Positions 29,990 through 40,432 of a stretch of DNA of 64,000 bases are shown here, piece by piece. The DNA is taken from the IMG/VR virus record IMGVR_UViG_3300013102_000031. One strand, written 5' to 3'. The notes beneath the pieces were generated by a model, which saw only the letters and a list, made by a program, of their open reading frames with translations, was not told the origin of the DNA and made no database searches. Within the stretch, counting starts at the first letter, position 1, and each line of letters opens with the position of its first letter. Made by a program: the position numbers and the translations under genes. This stretch comes from an uncultured virus (IMG/VR IMGVR_UViG_3300013102_000031) (lineage: Duplodnaviria; Heunggongvirae; Uroviricota; Caudoviricetes).

Positions 29990-30548
29990 TTCACATCTCC
30001 AATAACATCATAAGTAGTCTCTGCACCATAAGGACGAACAGTCCACTTAGCAATCAGCTTCTTCTCATACTGATATTCATGTCCGTTGTCAACATAAATC
30101 CATTCATCATCCTCGGTGACATCAATCACAGGATCTACCCAATCTCGTGAGCCATCTTTAAGCTCTACAACGAATTCATTGTGCATTAGCTCTGCCCCTC
30201 CCCAAGCTTAAGTTTCTCTCCAGAAGATGCGTCAATGATTTTAAATTTCTTTTTCATTTCTTCAAAGCCTCAAGAATCTTTTTAAATTCATCAGAACCCA
30301 ATTCCTCTACATAGCCATCTACAGCGACAACATAGTGGTTTGTAGAAGGGCAATACTGCAAGCAAGCTTCCTCAGCCCCCTCATGAGACGAAAACCCGGC
30401 AGCCTTAGCCAATGCCTGCACGTCAGCTTCCGTATTAGGGATATACTCCCAACCTTCCCATGCTGGTGTCTGGTTAGGGTAGTAGTTGTAGGTCATCACG
30501 GATTCAATTAGATTTTGCATGGCGTTTCTCCTCAATTAATGTAGGCCA

Positions 30549-30576
30549 ATCATAACAGATCAAGGGGTGAAGTCAA
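30549..30576 (-). promoter_or_regulatory. first early promoter TTGACT-16-TATGAT
   Basis: Head of the minus block, divergent pair. Confidence 0.65.
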
Positions 30577-30657
30577 GAGGGGATAGCGAATAAATTCGCA
30601 TAGATGAGGAATAAATTTACTGGGATGGAGTGTAGGAGAATTTTGTTGGGAAGGTGC

Positions 30658-30685
30658 TTGACATAGCAAATTGAACGTGTAGAAT
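30658..30685 (+). promoter_or_regulatory. promoter TTGACA-16-TAGAAT for the replication block
   Basis: Near consensus, divergent pair. Confidence 0.75.
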
Positions 30686-30722
30686 GTGACGTATTGAAAG
30701 CAAACCTAATGAGGAAACGGAC

Positions 30723-32820
30723 ATGCAAAACAAATGTGTTGTAAAGGTGCAAACAGAGGCGTATAAACGTGGTGACACGTATTTCTATGGGAAATCCATA
30801 CGTGTCCTTCAGAAACTTACAACGTACGATCTACTGAAGGATGAATGTGATAATATTGGAATCTGTGATGGGCTGGAAAACATTATCAATTTACAGCAAG
30901 TGGAGGATGGTAAATACTATGTTGAAGCTGTTAACATTTCCAAAGATTGTGAGACAGGTTATATTGACGACTGGGACTTTAAGTTAGTGTCATTTGATGG
31001 GGAAGTAAAATGAGCACATTTGGCGACGGAACATTTAGACAAGACGTCTACGAGCAGATTCAATATTACGTAGACTCACACAGCTTGAAACCTTCTGAAG
31101 CTATCTCAGAGCTGATGGAGATTGTGCAATGGATGCTGATTATTAGCGACATTGAAGGTGAAGCATACGAACGTGGTAAGGAAGACGCTAAAGCTGAGAC
31201 TCTTGCAAAGCTTAATTAAGCCATCAACCAAAAGGAGTAATAGACATGCGAAACAATATGCAAACATATCAAGACATCTTCGGCACTGAAAACTGGAATG
31301 CTCATTTCTCAGGTGGGTTTAATTCTCGTGTGTTTGGTGATACACAAAGTCAAATGTTCCAAGGTCCGTATCGGTTTGAACGGCAACAAGGTTGGCGGCT
31401 GGCAGATGAGATGATCCGCGAAGGTAGAATTTACTTTACTCATCCGTTCCCGCATGGTAATTGTAAGTCGAAAGCTTTCACGTACGGTGGTACATGGGCT
31501 TGTAATGATTGTAACAGAGATCATCTTGACAAACCTTGGTGGAATGTTAAAGTGTTCAAGGATGGAGAGGCATTCTGTGTAATCGGACAAGGCTTTGAGA
31601 ATCTGCAAGAGTCTGACAATTACGCGTTCGGGACTACTAAAGAAGAAGCTCTTGAGAATTATTATCAACTCATGAAAGATGTCTAAGCTCTCAATGTCAT
31701 CGACATTTCGAAGAAACAATATACGTATAGGGTGTATGCAAGATTAATTTAAATATAGGGGTGGAGAGAAAGATTATGAACGAACAATACGGTTTGAAAG
31801 AATACAAAGAATTGCTTGAGCAAGCCTACAAGAAATATCAAAATCCTATGGAGTGTCCGTTTGGTATGGACCCTTACAAAGAGGGTGCGTTCTATCGTCA
31901 GAATAAATTAGAAATGCTTCAGTGGTGTTTGGAAATGTTGCCGGAGATTGAGTGATGGGTGTCCTAGCGTGTGACAGACAAGATTGTGAAAATATTATGT
32001 GTGACTACTATAGCTACGAACACGGCTACATTTGTCACGACTGTCTAAGTCAGCTAATGGATACACAAGGAAGCACCACAATCAGTCAATTTATGCAAAC
32101 ACCAAAGATGCATGAGAGGACTACTTACCCGAATGCTTGGGGAGATTATGTTGAGAGTGTTTTTCAGGAGAGAAATTAAATGAAAGACGTAGTAGGTTAT
32201 GAAGTTGTGCTGTTCCAAGCAGAACAAGACGGTATTGCAATTTTCCATAGCACATCCTTGGAAGAATGTAAAACTTTTGCAAAGAAAGAACGAAAGCAAT
32301 TTAAGGGTTTCGTTGAGAATGGTTTTCCTGTAGAATCATTGCCAGAGTTTGTGGTAGTGGTGAATTATAGTGATCAGAGTAGTGAAGTTTTGGAGGGTTG
32401 AAATGCCTAAAGTAATCGGTCAAGATCAGTCAGTTTACAAACGAGCTACCTGCCGGAAGTGTGGTAGCATCAACGAGTATGCGCCTAATGAGGAACGTGA
32501 ATTGTACAAAGGTCGCGATATCTCTGGTTGCATGTGTACTACCAAAGGATTTAACTGTGGTAATTGTGGGCAAGAAGTGATTACTTATGCAGATTAATAT
32601 TGCGAAAAACTACAGGCAGTATTCTCCAGAAGAGCTTCGGAGCTATGCTTATTCCGGGAATCTTGAGTGTAACGGCTATGATCTTGATTCGTTTCTGGAG
32701 TATCTGTTCCAAGACATGTATGGAGAAAATGATTTGAAAGGAGCCTTCGAGGAAGGTAAGAAGGAAGCACTTGACAGTGAGATTAGTATTTGTTCAGAGT
32801 GTGAAGAAGAAATTTATTAA
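30723..32820 (+). other. eight small hypothetical CDS (30723-31013, 31010-31219, 31246-31686, ~31776-31955, 31952-32179, 32180-32401, ~32403-32597, 32587-32820)
   Basis: Coupled ORFs, several with Cys motifs. Confidence 0.7.
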
Positions 32821-32834
32821 TTAGGAGAGAGTAA

Positions 32835-34481
32835 TTGAGTTACTTCAAAAAGCTAAAGGAGCGAGAAGTGGAAGTTTTTAATAAAGAAACAGTTGATGAT
32901 GTTAAGAAGTATGCGTCTGTAGACGCCCCTGAGCGTGGTATTCGTAAAGCTACGCTGGAGCGGTTCGGGGTAAAGGTTGCACTGTCTGAGAAAGATGGTA
33001 AGACACCAGAAGCTTTCTATTTTCCTTCGTACAGTCAGAAAGGAAAAATTGTAGGTTACACAAAACAAGATGTAACCAAAGGGAAGGACGAGAAAGGCCA
33101 TTGGTCTGCAATTGGCAGTGTTTCAATTAACAACAAACTCTTTGGGCAAGATGTCGCAGAGAATATTAATCGTAAACGAACTAACCTTATCTGTACAGAA
33201 GGCCAATGGGACCACCTGAGTGTTTATCAGTCTCTTTGTGATAATGTAAAGGGTACAAAATACGAAGGTATCGAACCGCTTGTAGTGTCTATCCCTCTTG
33301 GTACAGCTAATGCTGTGGAGGCTTTGCTTCACAATGAGTCTTACGTTTCATCTCACGATTCTTTGACTATTTTCTTTGATGACGATTACTGCACACCAGC
33401 AGAAACCAAGAAAGGGGTTATGAAGGGCCATGAAGCCCGTGAAGCTGTTGCTAACGCTTTTGTTGGAACTGGCTTGTCGTTGATGACAGTATCGCCAGCA
33501 GATGGCTTGAAGGATGCTTCGGATTATCTACAGGCTGGTCGTAGTGAAGAGTTGGCAAAGCTTGTTCAGTTCGGTAAACGTGCATACTCCGCTGAAAAGA
33601 TTGTCAAAGCTTCTGATATCAGTATTGAAGAGTTGCTTGAACCACGGCCAGAGGGTGTGTACGTTAACGAGTTTCCTAAGCTAATGGATAAGTTGCATGG
33701 TTTTCGTATGCGAGAGCTTGTCCTATTGACAAGTCCCAGCGGCGTTGGCAAATCCACTGTGACATCCATTTTTGCTAGTTCTTTTATGGAATCTGGTGAA
33801 AAACTTGGAATGATCTATTTGGAAGAATCAAACAAAGAGACAATGCAACGTTTGATTGCAGCTAAATTGAAAGTAAGTTATCTGAAGTTTAAAGACAAAC
33901 CCCTTGAATGTGCAACATTGGAACAGATTACACAAGCCCGAAATGAAATTGTAGACAACGATTTGCTTGTTATGTTGGGGCACTTTGGCAGTCTGCCAGT
34001 TAGTGAACTAATGAACAAAGTAAAACATATGCACTTGGTTGAAGGGTGTAAATACATTCTTATTGACCACTTGAGTATGGTTGTATCTGGAAGTCATGTA
34101 ACAGATGAACGAAAAGAGCTTGATATTGTAATGACAGAACTAGCGGCTTTCTGTGCTGCAAATGATGTTTGCGTTATTGCAGTGTCTCACATTAACCGAA
34201 GTGCAGCAGAGCAATTCAAAGCACCAAAAGGCAATGAAGACAAACCGTTTTGGGTTAAGGTAACAAAGGAGATGATGCGGGGTAGTGCGGCTCTGGAACA
34301 ATTGAGTTTTGTTATCATTGGTTTGGAACCACAGATTATGCCAGACCGCTCACGCGGTAATGTTCGACTAACTGTTCTGAAGAATCGACCTTGGAGTTAC
34401 TTGGGAGTTGCGGATGAATTTACTATTGATGAAAACACTTGGGCAGTGCTGCTTGCTCAGGAAGTTCCAGATGACTTTTAA
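32835..34481 (+). CDS. T7 gp4-like primase-helicase (TOPRIM plus DnaB-like helicase)
   Basis: CTEGQWD, FFDDD, KDASD, Walker A SPSGVGKS, IDHL, VSH, RGSAALEQ, LKNR. Confidence 0.93.
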   Translation: MSYFKKLKEREVEVFNKETVDDVKKYASVDAPERGIRKATLERFGVKVALSEKDGKTPEAFYFPSYSQKGKIVGYTKQDVTKGKDEKGHWSAIGSVSINNKLFGQDVAENINRKRTNLICTEGQWDHLSVYQSLCDNVKGTKYEGIEPLVVSIPLGTANAVEALLHNESYVSSHDSLTIFFDDDYCTPAETKKGVMKGHEAREAVANAFVGTGLSLMTVSPADGLKDASDYLQAGRSEELAKLVQFGKRAYSAEKIVKASDISIEELLEPRPEGVYVNEFPKLMDKLHGFRMRELVLLTSPSGVGKSTVTSIFASSFMESGEKLGMIYLEESNKETMQRLIAAKLKVSYLKFKDKPLECATLEQITQARNEIVDNDLLVMLGHFGSLPVSELMNKVKHMHLVEGCKYILIDHLSMVVSGSHVTDERKELDIVMTELAAFCAANDVCVIAVSHINRSAAEQFKAPKGNEDKPFWVKVTKEMMRGSAALEQLSFVIIGLEPQIMPDRSRGNVRLTVLKNRPWSYLGVADEFTIDENTWAVLLAQEVPDDF

Positions 34482-34493
34482 AATGGAGATAAC

Positions 34494-35339
34494 ATGAGAT
34501 CAAAATCAGGAGACACCCTCGGTATAAAATATAACCGATTGACTCCAATTGAAATTGCAGGCAAAAATAAACACTCTAAAACTTTAGTAAAGTGCCTATG
34601 TGACTGTGGGCAAGAATGTATTGTTATTGAGGCTAGAGTAAGGAACGGCCTCACACAATCTTGTGGTTGTTATAAGAATGAAACGACAAGTGCAAGAACC
34701 AAAATCGATATGACAGGACAAAAACTGGGCAGATTAACCTTTATTAAAGAGGTAGCCAAGCCAGAAGCACTGAGTATACATTGGGAATGCTTGTGCGATT
34801 GTGGTAATACTGCTATAATTAATGGCACTCTTGCTAGGGTTGGACACACAATGTCGTGTGGGTGTCTAAAACAAGAAAGGCTTCTTGCATCAGTCACTAC
34901 TCACGGTAAATCTTCTGATCCTACTTATTTCCTGTGGAACGGGATGCACCAAAGATGCTACAATACTAAACACCACTCCTACAAGAATTACGGAGAAAGG
35001 GGTATAAAGATTTGTGACCGCTGGCACGACTTCGAAAACTTCTATGAGGATATGGGAGACAAACCAGAAGGCTTATCGATTGAGAGATTAGATGTTAACG
35101 GTGATTATTGTCCTGAAAATTGCATATGGGACAATTCCAGTAATCAGGCGTTTAATATTAGACTGAGAACAAACAATACTTCTGGCCGAACTGGTGTTAC
35201 TCTAGACGAAGGTTTGTGGTTAGCACGAATTTGGAAAAATAAAATTTGTTATACGCTAGGACGATTTGAAAAATTTGAAGAAGCAGTCGCCGCTAGAGAA
35301 AAAGCCGAATTAGAATTATACGGATTTACCAAAGACTAG
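34494..35339 (+). CDS. HNH homing endonuclease with AP2 domain
   Basis: CDCG and SCGC repeats, YGERGIKIC, SIERLDVNGDYCPENCIW, NNTSGRTGV. Confidence 0.9.
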   Translation: MRSKSGDTLGIKYNRLTPIEIAGKNKHSKTLVKCLCDCGQECIVIEARVRNGLTQSCGCYKNETTSARTKIDMTGQKLGRLTFIKEVAKPEALSIHWECLCDCGNTAIINGTLARVGHTMSCGCLKQERLLASVTTHGKSSDPTYFLWNGMHQRCYNTKHHSYKNYGERGIKICDRWHDFENFYEDMGDKPEGLSIERLDVNGDYCPENCIWDNSSNQAFNIRLRTNNTSGRTGVTLDEGLWLARIWKNKICYTLGRFEKFEEAVAAREKAELELYGFTKD

Positions 35340-35348
35340 GAGAAACAA

Positions 35349-37667
35349 ATGAAACGGGTTGTACTGGATATTGAAGCTAATGATCTTTTGCAGAATGGTT
35401 TGGACTATTCGAAACTGCCGTACCGACTGAAAGACAACTTCAATGTCTGGTGTGTCGTATGTCGGGATATTGATACTGATGAAGTTGCTACATTTGTAGG
35501 TGAGGTTGAAATTAAGACAAAGCTTAAACCTTATCTTCAAAATGTTACCGAAGTTATCGGCCATAATATTTCAATGTACGATTTACCTGTACTGAAGCTT
35601 TGGATGGGGCTTGAGTATCATATTGGCTATGTAGGAGAAACTTCCACATTATATGGTAGCCCCGTGGTCTTTTGGGACACTCTTGTACTCAGCTATTTAC
35701 TTTATAGTGATACGGTTATCGGGCACAGTTTGGCGGCTTGGGGTGATCGTTTTGGTAATCCTAAAATTGATTTCCATGATTTCTCCAAGTACTCTGAGGA
35801 AATGCTCACGTACTGTATTCAGGATACATCGAGTAACGCCACTTTGTTTTCTAAACAAATGGAAGAATACGAAAGCTATAATTGGAAGACGGCCTATGCC
35901 CTTGAAAATAAGCTGGCAGACATCACTTTGTCACAGGAACTTTATGGTTTTAAATTCAACAAAGAGCTTGCTGAGCAATGTGTTGCTGAGCTGACAGAGC
36001 GTATGCGAGTTATCGCAGCTAATGTTGATCCCGTATTACCTGAAAAACCTTTGAATAAGGGGGAAGTAAAACAGTATATCCCACCTAAAATTCAATTTAA
36101 GAAGTGTGGTAATATTTCTGCTGTTATGGAAAAATGGGTTGAAAAGCACAATGGCAAACTGCTTGAAGAACGTAAGGTTGAGTTGTATGGTAATGTTTAT
36201 GATCTACCCCTGAGTGAAGAACCTATTATCTCAACAGGGAAGGCAACCGTTGATGATGGAGAGCACATTAAATGGTACTTGCTGTCTATGAAATGGAATC
36301 CAAGTCAGTACAAAGAGCGTGACTTGACAGTTGACGCGAAGAAAAAGAAGCGAACTAAAGAAGACTTCTTGAAAACAGTTGATCGCTATGTTGAACAAAC
36401 ACTTACAGGGCCTTTTAAAGAGTGGCGACTGAAGCTCTTGGAAGTACGTGAGACCGAACTTAAGTCTTGGCTCTTAGCTAAGGACGCAGGGAAGCCTATT
36501 CGTGTTCCAACAGCACCCACACTTACAGTTGGTGTTGAAAAAGAAATCTGCCCTAATCTTTTAGCAATGGCACATAAATTCCCATTTGCTAGAGATGTCG
36601 TGGAATACTATACTTATAAACATCGTAAGAACTCCATTGCAGGTGGCTTGGATGAAGATGGTGAACCTACAAGCGGCTTTCTGGTGCAAATGCGGGATGA
36701 TGGACGTATTCCAACACCAGCAAATACTAACGGCACTAATACCGGAAGATACACCCATCGTGGTGTTTGCAATATCGCGAGGGTAACAAGCCTGTATGGA
36801 CATGAAATGCGGAGTCTTTTTGGTGTAGATCGTGCAGCAAATCAAGTTCAGATGGGCTTTGACTTCTCAAGTCTAGAGGCACTTTGTAACGCACATTTTG
36901 TACTGAAAAAGAAGCCTACAGGTGATTTGGTATATCGGCATGGAGACGAGCTTGCAAAGACTCTGGTGTCTGAAAAACCCAACGATATCCATAGTGTCAA
37001 CGCAAGAAAGATGGGTATTGACCGCTCTACTGCAAAGACTCTAGGATATTCCTTGATGTATGGTGCTCAAGCTGCTAAGATTTCCAAGAGCATGAGTATT
37101 CCAATGGGACGAGCAAAGCAATTGTTCGAAGATTACTGGGCTGCTGTACCGGCTCTCAAGCAATTGAAAGACGCTCTTCAGAAGCACTGGGAAAGTAATA
37201 ATAAGAAATTTGTTCAGGGGATTGATGGGCGTAAGGTGTATACTCGTTCTGCGCATAGCTGCATTAATGCAATTTTTCAAAATTGCGGTAGCCTTGCAGC
37301 AAAATATACGTTAGTATATATCCACCAAGAACTTGAGCGCTTGGATTTGTGGGGGAATGTGTTTGATCGGGATTTGCACAACAAGCCTTCGATTCAACAG
37401 ATGATTGCCTACCACGATGAGGCACAATTTAGCTTGCATAAGAGTTTGGTTTCGTTTAAAGTATTCAAATCAGAGGATGAAGCAAAAGCTGTGGTGACAA
37501 AAGATTCAAGCACTGTTGGGCACATTGGGGAAAACTATTTTGTTGCATTTAGTCCTATGTCTCAAGTGATTAAGGACTCAATCAGCCAGACTGAGCAGCT
37601 TCTTAAGCTCAACGTAAACCTTGGTTTTGAGTGGGCTTGTGGTTCTACTTGGTCCGAGTGCCATTGA
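35349..37667 (+). CDS. family A DNA polymerase with 3'-5' exonuclease
   Basis: DIE, GHN...YD, YCIQD exo motifs; TGRYTH, DFSSLE, RSTAKTLGYSLMYG, HDE polymerase motifs. Confidence 0.95.
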   Translation: MKRVVLDIEANDLLQNGLDYSKLPYRLKDNFNVWCVVCRDIDTDEVATFVGEVEIKTKLKPYLQNVTEVIGHNISMYDLPVLKLWMGLEYHIGYVGETSTLYGSPVVFWDTLVLSYLLYSDTVIGHSLAAWGDRFGNPKIDFHDFSKYSEEMLTYCIQDTSSNATLFSKQMEEYESYNWKTAYALENKLADITLSQELYGFKFNKELAEQCVAELTERMRVIAANVDPVLPEKPLNKGEVKQYIPPKIQFKKCGNISAVMEKWVEKHNGKLLEERKVELYGNVYDLPLSEEPIISTGKATVDDGEHIKWYLLSMKWNPSQYKERDLTVDAKKKKRTKEDFLKTVDRYVEQTLTGPFKEWRLKLLEVRETELKSWLLAKDAGKPIRVPTAPTLTVGVEKEICPNLLAMAHKFPFARDVVEYYTYKHRKNSIAGGLDEDGEPTSGFLVQMRDDGRIPTPANTNGTNTGRYTHRGVCNIARVTSLYGHEMRSLFGVDRAANQVQMGFDFSSLEALCNAHFVLKKKPTGDLVYRHGDELAKTLVSEKPNDIHSVNARKMGIDRSTAKTLGYSLMYGAQAAKISKSMSIPMGRAKQLFEDYWAAVPALKQLKDALQKHWESNNKKFVQGIDGRKVYTRSAHSCINAIFQNCGSLAAKYTLVYIHQELERLDLWGNVFDRDLHNKPSIQQMIAYHDEAQFSLHKSLVSFKVFKSEDEAKAVVTKDSSTVGHIGENYFVAFSPMSQVIKDSISQTEQLLKLNVNLGFEWACGSTWSECH

Positions 37668-37691
37668 GATTCACTAAACCAAAAATATCGC

Positions 37692-37720
37692 TTGTAATGT
37701 CTGAATAAACGTGTCAGAAT
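37692..37720 (+). promoter_or_regulatory. promoter TTGTAA-17-CAGAAT
   Basis: Intergenic after the polymerase. Confidence 0.5.
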
Positions 37721-37750
37721 AGATGTATCAAAATAAATGAGGAGAGAAAG

Positions 37751-37999
37751 ATGAAATACGCAATGATTGGACTGTTCGCAATCTTCTTGACAGGCTGTTC
37801 TGATCCAGATGTGGCTACAAAAGCACTGAAAGGTGCAGGATACTCGGATATCAAGATTACTGGATTTGATATGTGGGCTTGTGGTAAGGATGATACATAT
37901 TCCACAGGATTTACAGCAAAAGGTCCAACAGGTATTGAAGTAAGCGGAGCAGTGTGTTCTGGTCTGTTGTTTAAAAATGCAACTATTCGTTCTAACTGA
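37751..37999 (+). CDS. phage lipoprotein
   Basis: Lipobox LTGC. Confidence 0.8.
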   Translation: MKYAMIGLFAIFLTGCSDPDVATKALKGAGYSDIKITGFDMWACGKDDTYSTGFTAKGPTGIEVSGAVCSGLLFKNATIRSN

Positions 38000-38186
38000 G
38001 GAGAAATAAAATGAAAACTATCTACACCTACCTGATTGCAGATGACAGCAATGTATACGCTGAAGCATCTACGCGAGAATCTGCACGACAGTATCTCAAG
38101 GAAGTGAAAGCAACTGGTAATAAATCTGTGAAAATCTTTCGTGAAGAATATGTACGACTTTCGTTTACACAGGTGCGATAAGAAAC

Positions 38187-38423
38187 ATGGGTAAAATTAC
38201 AGTAAAAACAAAAGAAAGTGCTGGACAAGTGTGTTACGAAACTGAGACAATCTACGAAAGCTCTGAAGATTACTTCTTTATTGAGAAAGAGAAACGATCA
38301 GCTTTGAGCAAGAATATTCAAAGTTTTGTTGGTGGAATGTACCCTGACGGGTATAATGAAGAACCAGAGCCGATGGTTGCTGATGTAGTGGTGACTAAGA
38401 AAGCTAAAGAAACAAAACACTAA
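38187..38423 (+). CDS. hypothetical protein
   Basis: ORF in block orientation. Confidence 0.6.
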   Translation: MGKITVKTKESAGQVCYETETIYESSEDYFFIEKEKRSALSKNIQSFVGGMYPDGYNEEPEPMVADVVVTKKAKETKH

Positions 38424-38500
38424 AAGAATTTGTCTTAACAGACAGATATACCTCACAATATTGTGAACAAAACTATACACAATTAAATAGAGAAAATTAA

Positions 38501-39193
38501 ATGACTACTAGCGTTATCGTAAAGCAGTTGCCAAAATCCGGTACTCTGGAAACCTTCAACGTTTATGTACTGAATGCTCCTGTGTTCTATGCTGCTGTAC
38601 ATACCCCGAAGACCAAGTACCAATCGACTGACAAAGAGTTTAGTCTGACAGCGTTTGTGGATGAGGCAACTAAGGACAAACTGCTTGATGAAGTGATGTT
38701 GAACAAGGGTTTTGCTCTCGTAGGCAAGGACAAGACTACCAAGCCACCTCGTCGGATTAAATATCCGTTGTCTAAGGATGTTGATGAAGGTAAGACCAAC
38801 TACGATGTTGTAGAAGGTATGTACGGTTTTGGTCTGGCTAAGCCTGAGTTTAGTAAGAAAGGGAACGCTATGAGTGTCAACGTTATTGACAAAGAAGGTC
38901 AGGCGTTTACTCAGGACATTGGGAATGGTAGTGTCTGCACTCTGAAACTGTTCGGATACCGAAATCCCGAAGGTCAGCTCACTGTAACTCTGGATACTGT
39001 TCAAGTGGTTGAGCACGTTCCATATGAAAGTAAAGGTGGTGATGGTAATGTTGTGGACGATGTACTTGGTACTTATGCAGTGAAGAAAGTTGAGGCTAAA
39101 GCAGAGGAGAAGGAAGAAGCTCCAGCACCGAAGCCTAAAGCTGCTCCACAACCTGAACCAGAAGACGAAGACCTTGAAAATCTTCCTTTCTAG
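38501..39193 (+). CDS. putative single-stranded DNA-binding protein (T7 gp2.5-like)
   Basis: IGNGS motif, acidic tail ending LPF, replication context. Confidence 0.75.
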   Translation: MTTSVIVKQLPKSGTLETFNVYVLNAPVFYAAVHTPKTKYQSTDKEFSLTAFVDEATKDKLLDEVMLNKGFALVGKDKTTKPPRRIKYPLSKDVDEGKTNYDVVEGMYGFGLAKPEFSKKGNAMSVNVIDKEGQAFTQDIGNGSVCTLKLFGYRNPEGQLTVTLDTVQVVEHVPYESKGGDGNVVDDVLGTYAVKKVEAKAEEKEEAPAPKPKAAPQPEPEDEDLENLPF

Positions 39194-39501
39194 GATTAAC
39201 TTTGAGCAAGGATGCTCATTTATTCAAGGAGAACACCGTGGGTGGTGAATATTATGATTAAATATTATGCAGACCTTACACTTGAAGAAATTCAAGCCAT
39301 ACAAAAGCTTCTTGGTTTCGTTTTATTTCACACAAGCCCTGAGTTGTATTCAGTATCTGGTAAGCTTGAGAGGCTGAATAATCCAGATAACGTTGACTAT
39401 GACTCAGTTGTGTTTTACAAGAATGATAAAGGTGGAAGTCCAAGTAAAGAGTACCAACACAATCGCATTTCGATTGCAATTAAATAGTTAAGGAGAGATA
39501 T

Positions 39502-39780
39502 ATGCAACTTACAGAAACAGAATTGTTTGTTATCATGACTGAGCGGTTTTATAATTTCCAAAACTCCCGTCAGTCTGAGGACAAGAAAGCTTTTGGAGAA
39601 ACCTTGAAATCTCTTGTAGAATTGTTTACTGACGGGCAATCTACAATCAAACTCAAAGAAGAACCAAAGCCTAAAACTACTGGTGAGCTTCTTTATGAAC
39701 AACTTGCCAAAGCTACAACAGAAGGTAACTTGGAAGCTGTACAAGCTTACTCTCAAGCAATTCAACGTCTGACATTTTAA
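39502..39780 (+). CDS. hypothetical protein
   Basis: AAGGAG RBS. Confidence 0.7.
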   Translation: MQLTETELFVIMTERFYNFQNSRQSEDKKAFGETLKSLVELFTDGQSTIKLKEEPKPKTTGELLYEQLAKATTEGNLEAVQAYSQAIQRLTF

Positions 39781-39792
39781 GGAGATACATTT

Positions 39793-40068
39793 ATGAGCAT
39801 TACCCTGTCGAAAGAATCCCTGTACGAACGTTCGAAAGCACTGTTCAATGAAATCGTAACACTGGAACAAGACCTTGCAGCACTCGGTGAGGAGTTCACC
39901 TATCAGAAGAATGAGAATGAACTTGGCCTAGAGAAAGCAGTTGTTAAATCTACTTTGAAAGCTGCTGAAACTTATGTTCGCAACAGTATTGATAAGGAAG
40001 AAGATAAGATTGTGAAAGCTAAAGAATTTGTAGAGTTTTACAAAGAGATTAGTGGTGAGTATAACTAA
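39793..40068 (+). CDS. putative DsbA/GapR-like dsDNA-binding protein
   Basis: Helical ~90 aa with ELGLEK...L...EFVEFYKEI pattern recalling T4 DsbA. Confidence 0.45.
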   Translation: MSITLSKESLYERSKALFNEIVTLEQDLAALGEEFTYQKNENELGLEKAVVKSTLKAAETYVRNSIDKEEDKIVKAKEFVEFYKEISGEYN

Positions 40069-40082
40069 GGTTTGAATATAAG

Positions 40083-40106
40083 GGAGTCGCAAGACTCCTT
40101 TCTTTT
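40083..40106 (+). terminator. intrinsic terminator GGAGTC-GCAA-GACTCC-TTTCTTTT
   Basis: GNRA-loop hairpin plus T-tract. Confidence 0.85.
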
Positions 40107-40123
40107 ACAAGAGGAGAGATACG

Positions 40124-40432
40124 ATGAATAATCTTTATAGTTTCTACGTTGATTGTGGTCGTATGGGTAGTCTTGATGGTTTGTTCATCGCTACACAAGA
40201 TGAAGTAGATAAAGCCATTGGTAAATATATGTACTTTGGTGAAGTGCTCGGTAAACATTCTGAAGTAGAAGGTAATCTTGAAGCACACGAAATCAAACTT
40301 GTATCTGATGATCAAGAGAAAGTTGATTGGTTGCTTGACTTGCTCGGTGTAAGTGTAAGTGGTTTTAATCCTCTAGCTTATATTCAAGACTCTGATGAAG
40401 ACGAAGAAGAGGAATATGAGGATGACGAGTAA
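40124..40432 (+). CDS. hypothetical protein with acidic tail
   Basis: GAGGAG RBS. Confidence 0.75.
   Translation: MNNLYSFYVDCGRMGSLDGLFIATQDEVDKAIGKYMYFGEVLGKHSEVEGNLEAHEIKLVSDDQEKVDWLLDLLGVSVSGFNPLAYIQDSDEDEEEEYEDDE

Larger units (their letters stand above)
15681..30535 (-). other. early / host-takeover region of about 50 small hypothetical genes
   Basis: Short minus-strand ORFs with RBSs, separated by many sigma70-type promoters. Confidence 0.8.

Noticed and set aside
38483..39151. 222-aa antisense ORF and many other shadow ORFs in the track
   Set aside because: Antisense to well-supported genes, no RBS, atypical composition
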